NCBI GenBank assembly: GCA_040387495.1
Contig: JAZKDQ010000018.1
Span: 1-64,000, forward strand
Length of the DNA: 64,000 nt
Reading direction: 5' to 3'
From: Pseudomonadota bacterium
Lineage (GTDB): Bacteria; Pseudomonadota; Alphaproteobacteria; Paracaedibacterales; CAIOTO01
The position numbers and the translations under genes were made by a program. Every line of letters begins with the position of its first letter. Position 1 is the stretch's first letter. Below, in pieces: positions 9,080 to 18,683 of this stretch. Below the pieces are notes generated by a model that was given only the letters and a program-made list of their open reading frames with translations, ran no database searches and had not been told where the DNA came from.

Positions 9080-10774
9080 TTAAGAGCTAGCCTTTTTCTT
9101 CATTGCTGCTCCAAGAATATCACCAAGACTTGCTCCGCTATCAGATGAGCCGTATTCAGCAAGAACTTGCTTTTCTTCATCCATTTCACGGGCCTTAATT
9201 GACATGTTTACGCGGCGTGTTGATTTATCAACAGACAATACTTTTGCGTCGATTTTCTCGCCAATAGCAAAACGATCTGGGCGTTGTAAGTCGCGATCAC
9301 GTGACAAGTCAGCTTTTTTAATTGTACCAACAGAACCACCTTCGATTTCAACTTCTATGCCTTTGTCTGTAACTTGACTTACTGTACCTGTTACAATAGA
9401 ACCCTTTTTAAATGCTGACGCAGCAGATTCAATTGGATCACTTATAAGTTGCTTAACACCAAGGCTAATACGTTCTTTTTCAGGATCAACATCAAGAACT
9501 TTAACAGTTATTGTTGAGTTCTTTGTATGCTCTTTTACAGCTTCTTCGCCTGGTTTATCCCATGACAAATCAGACAGATGGATCATGCCATCAAGCGCAT
9601 CGCTTACACCAACGAACAAACCAAATTCAGTAATGTTCTTAATCGTTCCTTCGAGTACACTGCCAACTGGGTGCATATCAAGGAATTGCTTCCATGGATT
9701 TTCTGTTCCCTGCTTGAGGCCAAGACTAATACGACGTTTAGCTGGATCAACTTCAAGAACAACAACATCAACTTCTTGATCAATAGCAACAATCTTGTTT
9801 GGATGAACGTTTTTCTTTGTCCAGCTCATCTCAGTCACATAAATGAGACCTTCGATATTGCCTTCTAATTCAACGAATGCACCGTAATCAGCAATGCTAG
9901 TAATTTTACCCTTGAGGCGTGTACCAGGAGCAAATGTATCTTCTTTACCTTTCCATGGATCTTCTTCAAGTTGCTTCATGCCAAGGCTGATACGTTGTGT
10001 TTCTTTATTGAAACGAATCACCATAACTTTAACAGTTTCACCAAGCTTCAATACATCCGCTGGGTGATTAATACGACGCCATGAAATGTCAGTAACGTGC
10101 AACAAGCCGTCAACACCACCCAAATCAATAAACGCACCGTAATCTGTAATGTTCTTAACGATACCATCAAGCACTTGGTTTTCTTGTAATTGTGCTACCA
10201 ATTCGGTTCGTGCTTCAGCACGTGATTCTTCAAGAACTGAACGACGTGAAACAACTATGTTGCTGCGACTCTTGTCCATTTTTAGAATTTTGAATGGTTG
10301 CACTAAGTTCATTAATGGACCAACATCGCGCACAGGACGCACATCAACTTGACTGCCAGGTAAGAATGCAACAGCGCCGTTCAAATCAACAGCAAAACCA
10401 CCTTTTACTTTACCGAAAATAACACCGTTTACAAGTGTGCCAAGTTCAGAGGCTCTTTCAAGATCCATCCAAGCAGCTTCGCGGCGCGCTTTTTCAACGC
10501 TAAGTGCAGCATCGCCATTACGATCTTCAATACGTTCAACGAATACGTCGATTAAATCGCCAACTTTAACTTCTTCGCCTAAACCACGTGCATTAATTTC
10601 TTTTAGTGGTACGCGGCCTTCTGACTTCAAGCCTACATCAATAATAGCTATATCTTTTTGAATAGCAACAATGCGACCTTTTACTACTTTTCCTTCAAAG
10701 GACATTTGTCCTGACATTGAGCTTTCTAAAAGTTCTGCAAAGCTTTCTTTGTGGGATGATTGGTTCAATTCCAT
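9080..10774 (-). CDS. rpsA: 30S ribosomal protein S1
   Basis: Six S1 repeats; IDVGLKSEG, AFLPGSQVD, YGAFIDLGGVDGLLH. Confidence 0.98.
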   Translation of the reverse strand: MELNQSSHKESFAELLESSMSGQMSFEGKVVKGRIVAIQKDIAIIDVGLKSEGRVPLKEINARGLGEEVKVGDLIDVFVERIEDRNGDAALSVEKARREAAWMDLERASELGTLVNGVIFGKVKGGFAVDLNGAVAFLPGSQVDVRPVRDVGPLMNLVQPFKILKMDKSRSNIVVSRRSVLEESRAEARTELVAQLQENQVLDGIVKNITDYGAFIDLGGVDGLLHVTDISWRRINHPADVLKLGETVKVMVIRFNKETQRISLGMKQLEEDPWKGKEDTFAPGTRLKGKITSIADYGAFVELEGNIEGLIYVTEMSWTKKNVHPNKIVAIDQEVDVVVLEVDPAKRRISLGLKQGTENPWKQFLDMHPVGSVLEGTIKNITEFGLFVGVSDALDGMIHLSDLSWDKPGEEAVKEHTKNSTITVKVLDVDPEKERISLGVKQLISDPIESAASAFKKGSIVTGTVSQVTDKGIEVEIEGGSVGTIKKADLSRDRDLQRPDRFAIGEKIDAKVLSVDKSTRRVNMSIKAREMDEEKQVLAEYGSSDSGASLGDILGAAMKKKASS

Positions 10775-11044
10775 GTAATTTCCTTTTAATATGGCTTTTT
10801 AACGTCACGCCCGACGGGGTTAGAGGGTACAATTAAGCGATAGTATGACGGATGATACAGTAAAAATCAATTGAAAAAGCTGTAAAAGTAAGCTACATGA
10901 CATGGTTTTTCTTTGCTAGATTTTGTCATTTTGGGATGAATCGAATTAAAGAAGCACAAAGACTCGAAGCGCTATGATTATTAAAGCAACCACAATGCCT
11001 CGAGTACATTAAACGCTCTTACGAATTATCTATTCATACTAATT

Positions 11045-11536
11045 TTAAATATGTTTCTCATCCGCATTGACGGCTGCAATTTTAGCAAGATCAAGAATCA
11101 GTTCCGCTTGGGGGGATAGCGCATCCAGGACTGTATTAAGCTTATCGATGTCTTTTGCTGTGCTTGGATCAATGGTTAAAACAATTTGCTCGCTAATTTC
11201 AAGTGCTGAACGGATGTCTTTCGCATTGGCAACATCAGCAGCTCCACTAAGAACAGTTTGAACAGCATCCAAGGTCTTGGCAGTTTTCTCATCTCCATTA
11301 GCAATTGCCACGGCCTTAGTCACTGAAATTATTGCTGTTGCAGCATCTTCTATGGCAGGCGCATTTTCTCTAACTTCTTGTGCAATATTTATTGCTTGTT
11401 TTCTAAACATTTTAAAGCATGAAAAACACCCGGCTTTATTATGATCAGGAAGATCTCTTTCTGTAGCAAACACATGGCCAGCACTGGCGCCAAATATAAT
11501 TGCAAATACCATCGCTTTATTTGTAAGCTTGGACAT
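11045..11536 (-). CDS. Secreted hypothetical alanine-rich helical protein
   Basis: Signal-like N-terminus ending GHVFA; no recognised domain. Confidence 0.6.
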   Translation of the reverse strand: MSKLTNKAMVFAIIFGASAGHVFATERDLPDHNKAGCFSCFKMFRKQAINIAQEVRENAPAIEDAATAIISVTKAVAIANGDEKTAKTLDAVQTVLSGAADVANAKDIRSALEISEQIVLTIDPSTAKDIDKLNTVLDALSPQAELILDLAKIAAVNADEKHI

Positions 11537-11776
11537 AGAATGAACCCCCATTAAATTATGGCACTATTGCCATCTGTAAATATAAAGTATAAGTATTAAT
11601 ATTTTATTAAAACGAATAAATATTACAAATAATAATATATACGTGTTTTCATGAAAACAATTAAAGTATTTATTGTTTATATAAGTATGTACTTTTTCAC
11701 GTGATTTGTTTCACCTTGCTTATTTTTGACTTTTTTTGATACAATTGATGGGGTATATCAAAGGATTAAAAACAAC

Positions 11777-12556
11777 ATGACAACAAATAGTACAAGAGTT
11801 GATTCACAAAACAATTTTTCTAAATTCACACAAACACGCGTATGGATGGAAACCAAAGGTTTTTTTAATGCATTTGTCGTAGCGATGATTATCCGCACGT
11901 TTCTTTTTCAACCCTTTAGCATCCCTTCAGGATCTATGTATCCAACGTTGATGGTTGGCGATTTCTTATTTGTGAACAAATTTTGTTATGGGTATTGCAA
12001 TCACACATTTCCATTTGCACCGAATGTAATGGAAAAGCGTGTGTGGTCAACTGAGCCAAAGCAAGGTGATGTGGTTGTCTTTAATAATCCAAAAGATGAA
12101 GGCAAAGATTACATTAAGCGTTTAATTGGTATGCCTGGTGACCATATTCAAATGAAACAAGGAATTTTGCATGTTAACGGTGCACCCGTAAAACTTGAAA
12201 AAGTTGAAGATTATCACATGGTTGATGAAAGTGGGAATTTTCTTGTTATGGCACGTTATATGGAAACCCTGCCAAACGGCATTCGTCATCCAATTTTAAA
12301 AGCTCGTCCGATGGGTGAAGGTCGTCTGGATAATACAGAAGCATTCACTGTACCTGCTGGGCATTATTTTATGATGGGTGATAATCGCGACAATTCAAGT
12401 GATAGCCGTGTGCCATCAATGGTTGGCTTTATTCCTGAGAAAAATCTAATTGGGCGTGCTGAGATTTTGTTTTTCTCAACCTCTGCAAAATGGTATCAAC
12501 CCTGGAACTGGCCATTTGCTCTACGCTATGAAAGACTGCTTAATTTTATTCGGTAA
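11777..12556 (+). CDS. lepB: Signal peptidase I
   Basis: IPSGSMYPTL, DYIKRLIGMPGD, MMGDNRDNSSDSR. Confidence 0.96.
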   Translation: MTTNSTRVDSQNNFSKFTQTRVWMETKGFFNAFVVAMIIRTFLFQPFSIPSGSMYPTLMVGDFLFVNKFCYGYCNHTFPFAPNVMEKRVWSTEPKQGDVVVFNNPKDEGKDYIKRLIGMPGDHIQMKQGILHVNGAPVKLEKVEDYHMVDESGNFLVMARYMETLPNGIRHPILKARPMGEGRLDNTEAFTVPAGHYFMMGDNRDNSSDSRVPSMVGFIPEKNLIGRAEILFFSTSAKWYQPWNWPFALRYERLLNFIR

Positions 12557-12582
12557 GAAACTAAGTTTATTTTGATGGAAAT

Positions 12583-12621
12583 AAAAAAACCCTGAAGCAT
12601 TAAGTACTTCAGGGTTTTTTT
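12583..12621. terminator. Bidirectional intrinsic terminator
   Basis: A7-CCCTGAAG-loop-CTTCAGGG-T7. Confidence 0.85.
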
Positions 12622-12637
12622 ACGCACAGTCTTGCTC

Positions 12638-13033
12638 TTAAGTTGTGGCTTGAGTTAGTGCTTGCTCAGTGTCGTTTTTCTCTTGGATAACATTGTCGTC
12701 TTCGTTTGAAGATGGAATTACTTTCTTATCGATTAATAGTGATTGCAATTCACCCGTCTGATGCATTTCACGTACGATATCACATCCACCAATGAATTCG
12801 CCTTTGATGTAGAGCTGAGGAACTGTTGGCCAATTGCTAAAATCTTTAATCCCTTGACGAATATCTTGGTCAGCTAATACATTCACATCTTTAAAAGGAA
12901 CGGATAGCGAGTTTAATACTTGCACTACAACTGCTGAAAAACCACATTGTGGCATTTGTGCCGTACCTTTCATGTACAGTACAACGGCATTTTCCTGGAG
13001 GTCATTTTCAATACGTTCGTGGATATTTTGCAT
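12638..13033 (-). CDS. grxD: Monothiol glutaredoxin Grx4
   Basis: YMKGT, PQCGFS, WPTVPQLY, GGCDI. Confidence 0.95.
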   Translation of the reverse strand: MQNIHERIENDLQENAVVLYMKGTAQMPQCGFSAVVVQVLNSLSVPFKDVNVLADQDIRQGIKDFSNWPTVPQLYIKGEFIGGCDIVREMHQTGELQSLLIDKKVIPSSNEDDNVIQEKNDTEQALTQATT

Positions 13034-13063
13034 AAAAAGTCTTAAGTCCTTAATTGAGTTGAA

Positions 13064-13303
13064 TTAATTGGTTGTCGGCGTGCGTGTTTTAAGCGCTAAG
13101 GCATGGAGTTCCTCACCCATTTTGCCTTTTAAAGCTTGGTAAACCATTTGGTGTTGTTGAATGCGGCTCTTTCCGATGAATTGTTCAGATATGACCGATG
13201 CTTGATAATGATCATTGTCGCCTGCTAAATCAACGACATCAATGCTAGCATCAGGAAAAGAATCCTTTAATAATTGTCGTAGTTCAGTGATAGAAATAGC
13301 CAT
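13064..13303 (-). CDS. bolA: BolA family protein
   Basis: DLAGDNDHY, QHQMVY, LHALAL; adjacent to grxD. Confidence 0.93.
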   Translation of the reverse strand: MAISITELRQLLKDSFPDASIDVVDLAGDNDHYQASVISEQFIGKSRIQQHQMVYQALKGKMGEELHALALKTRTPTTN

Positions 13304-13347
13304 TGATATTTAGTCTCTCAGTTTAGTTGGGTTTACAAAGATGTTTG

Positions 13348-14235
13348 TTAAGTCGCACTGGGATGTTGTTCAGTGGATGACGCGTCATCTGAAGATGGTA
13401 TTGAAGACTCTGCAATTGGTTCCAAAGTGGGTTCAAGCAAAGATTGTGATGGTTGATCATGCAAAATGCCAAAGCGTCGCGCAATTTCGTGGTAACCGCT
13501 AACATCAGATGTTGTTTCAGCTGTGCTCTCATAGATGTCTAAGCGTTTTGTCGTTAAGTTGTCCAGAACGCGGCAGGTATCAAGGCTTATCTCATCAATA
13601 AGAATAAGTCTGGTATCCATTGGGTTGTCAGATAAATATATACGACCAAATTCAAGTTTATAACGAATTAGGCTCATATTGACGGCAGAAAATTGCCCTA
13701 TTAGAAAGTCATTAATACGTTGTATTGTTGCAAACAATTGATCGAGTTCTTCATGATCGCTAAGACCAAATGCAACAAGATGCTGCGGCGCAACGATCGG
13801 GTTATCTGCATTTTTATTTTTAAAATGAAGCTCTGCGATCATTTCTGGCAATTGGTCATATTTTTCCAATCCAAAGCGATCCGTAAAATCATCACAAGCT
13901 TTGTTATGCACTTCAACAAAGAAAGGCAAGCTTTCAGCAATACGAACAAGCTGTTCACGCATATTGAGGCGACGTACTAAGTGATGATCAATATTGAGCT
14001 CACCTAAGCGTTGAAAAATCATTTCGGAAAAGCGATTGTTGATGACGCCTTTGCCGCTTAGCTCAGCATAATCTTGAGCATCTGTCGTATTGAGCGGGTG
14101 ATTATCTTTGAAATACAAAATAAAGGTATCTGGCTCAATACCTTCAAAGATACACTTCGTCACACCTTCGAACACATTGCGGCGACGTGGTTGTGACTTT
14201 TCGGAAAATAAACGAGGCTGGAATCCGGCAGTCAT
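13348..14235 (-). CDS. purC: SAICAR synthetase homolog, divergent at several conserved motifs
   Basis: GKGVINNR, RRLNMREQL, KLEFGR, DEISLDTCR; position upstream of bolA-grxD. Confidence 0.8.
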   Translation of the reverse strand: MTAGFQPRLFSEKSQPRRRNVFEGVTKCIFEGIEPDTFILYFKDNHPLNTTDAQDYAELSGKGVINNRFSEMIFQRLGELNIDHHLVRRLNMREQLVRIAESLPFFVEVHNKACDDFTDRFGLEKYDQLPEMIAELHFKNKNADNPIVAPQHLVAFGLSDHEELDQLFATIQRINDFLIGQFSAVNMSLIRYKLEFGRIYLSDNPMDTRLILIDEISLDTCRVLDNLTTKRLDIYESTAETTSDVSGYHEIARRFGILHDQPSQSLLEPTLEPIAESSIPSSDDASSTEQHPSAT

Positions 14236-14320
14236 GGCTTTATCCTTGTGCAAATGCTACACTTCATTATAGTTGTATATTACTACCATTACTACCATGA
14301 AATAAGACTACTTAGGGCAA

Positions 14321-16108
14321 ATGTCAATGGAAAATGTTAAAAAACCGCAAATAATTACATTTAAAAGGCTTTGGCCGTTTTTGTGGCCACGTGATTTAAA
14401 GGGTGCTAAGGCACGTCTTATTATCGCTATTCTTGCTTTGATTATTTCAAAGATTACATTGATTTTAATCCCATTAATTTTTAAATCTATTATTGACGCT
14501 CTGAATGAACATAAATCATTTGAAATGGTTTATGTGTGGGTTGGTTTGTATGGACTAGTTCGTATTTTATCATCATTCTTTTCTGAAGTCCGTGATACGA
14601 CCTTTGCTGCCGTTACGCAGCGTACATTGCGGCAAGTGGGATTGGATGTTTTTGATCATTTGCACAGGCTTAGCTTACGTTTTCATATTGCACGGCATAC
14701 GGGCGGCGTATCGCGCATTATTGAACGGGGAACAAAGGCGATTGAAACATTAATGTTGTTTCTAACATTCAACATTGTACCGACAGCGCTTGAGATTCTG
14801 ATGGTAAGCGCCGCCCTTAGTTTCATGTATGATATACGGTATACATTCGTCATTGTGGTCACGATGTTTGTTTATATTATGTACACGCTGAAATTGACGG
14901 AATGGCGCATTCGCTATGTGCGTGAAATGAATGACGCTGATACGGCTGCGCAGTCTAAAGCCATTGATAGCTTGCTCAATTATGAGACGGTGAAATATTT
15001 CGGTAACGAGCTGCACGAACGACATCGATTTGATGTGGGCCTGATTAGTTATGAGAAATCGGCCGTTCAGAATAAGTGGAGCCTTTCGTACTTGAACTTT
15101 GGTCAAGCTGTTGTTTTATCACTTGGATTGGTTGCTATTGTTGGTATGGCGGCGCTGGATGTGCAAAAGGGCGCAATGACAACGGGTGATTTAGTGGCCA
15201 TCAATACGTTTTTGTTCCAGTTGACAATTCCATTGTTTAACCTTGGCTTTGCGTATCGCGAGATTAAACTAGCGCTTGTTAATATCGAACAAATGTTCCA
15301 ATTGCTGAATGAACCCCGCGAGATATGTGATGCTCCGGATGCGATTGATGTTGCTGATGTTAAGTCAGGCGTGACATTTGAACATGTGGATTTCCATTAT
15401 GATTCAGATCGTAGTATTTTAAAGGATATGAACTTTACGATTCCTGCTGGGCATACGGTGGCTGTTGTGGGCGCTAGTGGGGCAGGGAAGTCTACACTGG
15501 CTCGATTGTTGTTTCGTTTTTATGATGTGATTGGCGGTGCTATTAAAATCGATGGCGTGGATATTCGAAAAATTTCGCAAAAGAGCCTACGTTCAATGAT
15601 TGGTATTGTACCGCAAGACACGGTTTTGTTTAACGATACGATTCACTATAACATTGCATATGGTAACCCTGATGCTACTGAGGCTGAGATTATTGACGCC
15701 GCTAAAAAAGCCGAGATTTATGATTTTGTGCAAAGCTTGCCTGAGAAGTTTGAAACCCGTGTGGGTGAGCGTGGCCTGAAACTATCTGGCGGGGAAAAAC
15801 AGCGGGTAGCCATTGCGCGAACGCTGCTTAAAAAACCAATTTTCTTTATTTTTGATGAGGCAACGTCGGCTCTGGATACGAAAACAGAACGATTGATTCA
15901 AGACAATCTAGAACGTATTTCAAAGAATAAGACTACTCTAATTATTGCGCACAGATTATCAACGGTTATTCATGCTAATACGATACTTGTGCTGGATAAG
16001 GGCGTAGTGGCTGAGGCTGGTAGTCATGATGAATTGCTGGCGAAGGGTGGCCTATATGCACAGATGTGGCAACGCCAGCAGCAAGAGGTGAAAGAGGAAG
16101 TTGGTTAA
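14321..16108 (+). CDS. Atm1/ABCB7-like ABC half-transporter (TMD+NBD)
   Basis: DSLLNYETVKYF, Walker A GASGAGKS, LSGGEKQR, DEATSALD. Confidence 0.93.
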   Translation: MSMENVKKPQIITFKRLWPFLWPRDLKGAKARLIIAILALIISKITLILIPLIFKSIIDALNEHKSFEMVYVWVGLYGLVRILSSFFSEVRDTTFAAVTQRTLRQVGLDVFDHLHRLSLRFHIARHTGGVSRIIERGTKAIETLMLFLTFNIVPTALEILMVSAALSFMYDIRYTFVIVVTMFVYIMYTLKLTEWRIRYVREMNDADTAAQSKAIDSLLNYETVKYFGNELHERHRFDVGLISYEKSAVQNKWSLSYLNFGQAVVLSLGLVAIVGMAALDVQKGAMTTGDLVAINTFLFQLTIPLFNLGFAYREIKLALVNIEQMFQLLNEPREICDAPDAIDVADVKSGVTFEHVDFHYDSDRSILKDMNFTIPAGHTVAVVGASGAGKSTLARLLFRFYDVIGGAIKIDGVDIRKISQKSLRSMIGIVPQDTVLFNDTIHYNIAYGNPDATEAEIIDAAKKAEIYDFVQSLPEKFETRVGERGLKLSGGEKQRVAIARTLLKKPIFFIFDEATSALDTKTERLIQDNLERISKNKTTLIIAHRLSTVIHANTILVLDKGVVAEAGSHDELLAKGGLYAQMWQRQQQEVKEEVG

Positions 16109-16851
16109 CATGCAGGCCTTTTATCAGGTCGTTTATAAAGTATTTCCTGCGGGATGAAATTCAGAAATCCACTATTGATTGCTTTTTCAATCACTTGCGA
16201 ACGGCTGTTACAATCTAATTTCGTTCTGATAGTCGTAATATGTTCTTCTGCTGTTCTAACGGATATGCCTAATATCGACGCAATTTCTTTCATAGACTTT
16301 CCGCGCACCAGCAAAAATAAACATGTTTGTTGCCTTGATGTGAGTGGTAATGGAGAATGTTCGTCGTTAAGTACATATATACTTTGTACGTCTTCTTTTC
16401 CGGTTATTAAGTGATCGGCAGCCTTTAGAGATAGGCATGATTTGAACATATTGGTATTTGAGATATTAATCGATTGGGCGAAAACGCCGGTAAATTCTCC
16501 GTTATTGTTCAATATTGGTTTTTTGCTACTGAGAAGCGTTTTCCAACCTGATGTATATTTGCATATATCTAATGTTAAGACTTCCCTTTTATTTTTAATC
16601 GTTTGTTGGTCATGCTGTACGAACATATCTGCAAGTTTGATAGATTCGCAATGAACGTCATAATCTGTAATTCTGTCAGATTTCTCTTCATTATTCACCC
16701 CCACTAAATATGCAAAATAATCACTTATGACAATAATTCGTGAGTGCAAATCTTTAACAACAATCATTCCAGGCATGTGTTGTAAAAGGGAAAAACTTTC
16801 TCTTAATGAATTGCCCTTTTGTATGATCACGTGCGGTGGGGAATCATTCAT
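16105..16851 (-). CDS. PAS domain + LuxR-type HTH transcriptional regulator
   Basis: N-terminal PAS-like region (VKDLHSR...TDYD...KKPILNNNGEFTGV); C-terminal LTSRQ..CLFLLVRGKSMKEIA.ILGISVRT. Confidence 0.88.
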   Translation of the reverse strand: MNDSPPHVIIQKGNSLRESFSLLQHMPGMIVVKDLHSRIIVISDYFAYLVGVNNEEKSDRITDYDVHCESIKLADMFVQHDQQTIKNKREVLTLDICKYTSGWKTLLSSKKPILNNNGEFTGVFAQSINISNTNMFKSCLSLKAADHLITGKEDVQSIYVLNDEHSPLPLTSRQQTCLFLLVRGKSMKEIASILGISVRTAEEHITTIRTKLDCNSRSQVIEKAINSGFLNFIPQEILYKRPDKRPAC

Positions 16852-16953
16852 AATGAACTCCTTTAATTTTTTATAGCCAATAATAAATTGTATATAAAAA
16901 TGTTATTTTAAAAACAGAAAAATAATTATATTTGAATCCAACGTGTTTTTAAT

Positions 16954-16970
16954 CCCGTATTTTTTACGGG
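16954..16970. promoter_or_regulatory. Inverted repeat CCCGTA-N5-TACGGG, putative LuxR-type operator
   Basis: GC-rich palindrome in the AT-rich divergent intergenic region. Confidence 0.55.
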
Positions 16971-17047
16971 TAGTAATGTGGGAAAATCATTGTAACCATT
17001 GAGATAAGCTATATGCAGAATCTTTCATATTCATTAGGAGCCTTACA

Positions 17048-17755
17048 ATGATGAAAATCGCACAGAAATTTTTTTTATTTTCTAAATTACTAATTACTTA
17101 TCTTAATAAGATTAAGCCCAATGCAATTTTATGTATGTTCTTTTTTCTTATGAATGCAGTTTTTTGTGCCCATCCATGTGATAAATCACTTAATGGAGAT
17201 GATTTGCTTGAACAAAAAAGAAATGTTGTTCCGACTAATGTATATCAAACAATTAATGAGCCTACAGAAGAAAGAAATGAAGGAGAGAACCTGAAACATC
17301 ATTCACCATATATTAGAAGGAATAATGGCGCGTGTATCTTTGCATGTATTCCATTGACTATTTTTTCTGCTTCTATCGTGGCTATTATCTATGGATCGTA
17401 CCGCTTTCAATATTTCGATCAGATGGAAAATAAATATTGCAATGCTGACTTTCCCAATACTGACTCTTATTGCATGGGGTTAGATTGCTTGGTGCGTAAC
17501 AATATGACGGCTGTTGACTATATGAATTGCAAGTTAAACTCCTATTGTTGGAATTCTCCTGCTAACCCCTATACTATTTGTTTAAACCAGTTATGCGAGG
17601 ATTATCAGTCACAATGTACGTATTATGAGAATACAGGTAGTGCGCAATATGGTGGTTATGCTGCACTAATTGTATTTGGATGTCTTGGTGTCGCTGGAAT
17701 GTGTGCTACTGCCCCATTATGGGGGCTAATGTATGCTTTTGCTTCTAGTGGATAA
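17048..17755 (+). CDS. Hypothetical membrane protein with Cys-rich loop
   Basis: N-terminal hydrophobic segment; two further TM segments flank a loop with 8 Cys. Confidence 0.65.
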   Translation: MMKIAQKFFLFSKLLITYLNKIKPNAILCMFFFLMNAVFCAHPCDKSLNGDDLLEQKRNVVPTNVYQTINEPTEERNEGENLKHHSPYIRRNNGACIFACIPLTIFSASIVAIIYGSYRFQYFDQMENKYCNADFPNTDSYCMGLDCLVRNNMTAVDYMNCKLNSYCWNSPANPYTICLNQLCEDYQSQCTYYENTGSAQYGGYAALIVFGCLGVAGMCATAPLWGLMYAFASSG

Positions 17756-17780
17756 AATTAAGCATTTTTTTTAATTAAAA

Positions 17781-18680
17781 TTAGGAAAAATAATTTTTAT
17801 TCATTAAAAGTAGATTCATATGTTCTGCTAGTAAACCCGCAACGCTAATTACTTTAATCTTAGGCATATTGACGCATTTTACCTGAGGTTCAATCGTATC
17901 GGTGATTACTAATTTCTTAATGACTGATTGCTGCACGAGAACAAGAGCATCTCCCGATAACACGCCATGAGTGCAATAAGCAAATACTTCAGTCGCCCCA
18001 TGCTGTATCAGTGCTTCTGCCGCGCTACACAGCGTTGCCCCTGTATCAATGATATCATCTATAATAATACAATGTTTACCGCGTACATCGCCGTGAATTG
18101 CTTGCACTGTGCATAATCCATCTGTGCGAATTTTATCGATACATATAAGGTCTGACGTCAATTCTAATGCGCTATGCACGTGCTTGCATCGTTCAATGCT
18201 GCCTTGATCAGGCGCAACAATCACAAAATCACATAAGTTATATGTTGCCTTAATGTGATCTGCAAATAACTGAGTTGTTGATAGAACATCAATGGGAATA
18301 GCGGTATTTTCAATGTGTGAATGTGGATCAACGGTAATGCCTTGGTGCACGCCCGCTGAATGCATAAGTGAAGCAATTAACGACGTTGCATGTGTTTGTC
18401 GCGTATAGGCTAAATAGGGCAGGAACACGATAATTTTATTGGGGCCACCCCGCTTTAATGCGTCGATCGTCAGCAATAATGCTACCATATTATCATTCAC
18501 GGGATCTGACAGTGAATGTATTAATAGGCATTTATCATCTTGAATGTCATCTGATAAAATATCTACTGATATCTCACCATCGGAGAAGCATTTGTACGTT
18601 GGGAAGATCGGTTCAGTGCCTAGAATTCTACAAACAGCATGTGTTAGATCTACGCTTGAACAGCCAGCAATAATTTTCAT
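17781..18680 (-). CDS. prs: Ribose-phosphate pyrophosphokinase (atypical, loop deletion)
   Basis: FSDGE, PVNDN, IIIDDIIDTGATL, THGVLSG, VITDTI. Confidence 0.88.
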   Translation of the reverse strand: MKIIAGCSSVDLTHAVCRILGTEPIFPTYKCFSDGEISVDILSDDIQDDKCLLIHSLSDPVNDNMVALLLTIDALKRGGPNKIIVFLPYLAYTRQTHATSLIASLMHSAGVHQGITVDPHSHIENTAIPIDVLSTTQLFADHIKATYNLCDFVIVAPDQGSIERCKHVHSALELTSDLICIDKIRTDGLCTVQAIHGDVRGKHCIIIDDIIDTGATLCSAAEALIQHGATEVFAYCTHGVLSGDALVLVQQSVIKKLVITDTIEPQVKCVNMPKIKVISVAGLLAEHMNLLLMNKNYFS

Positions 18681-18683
18681 ACC

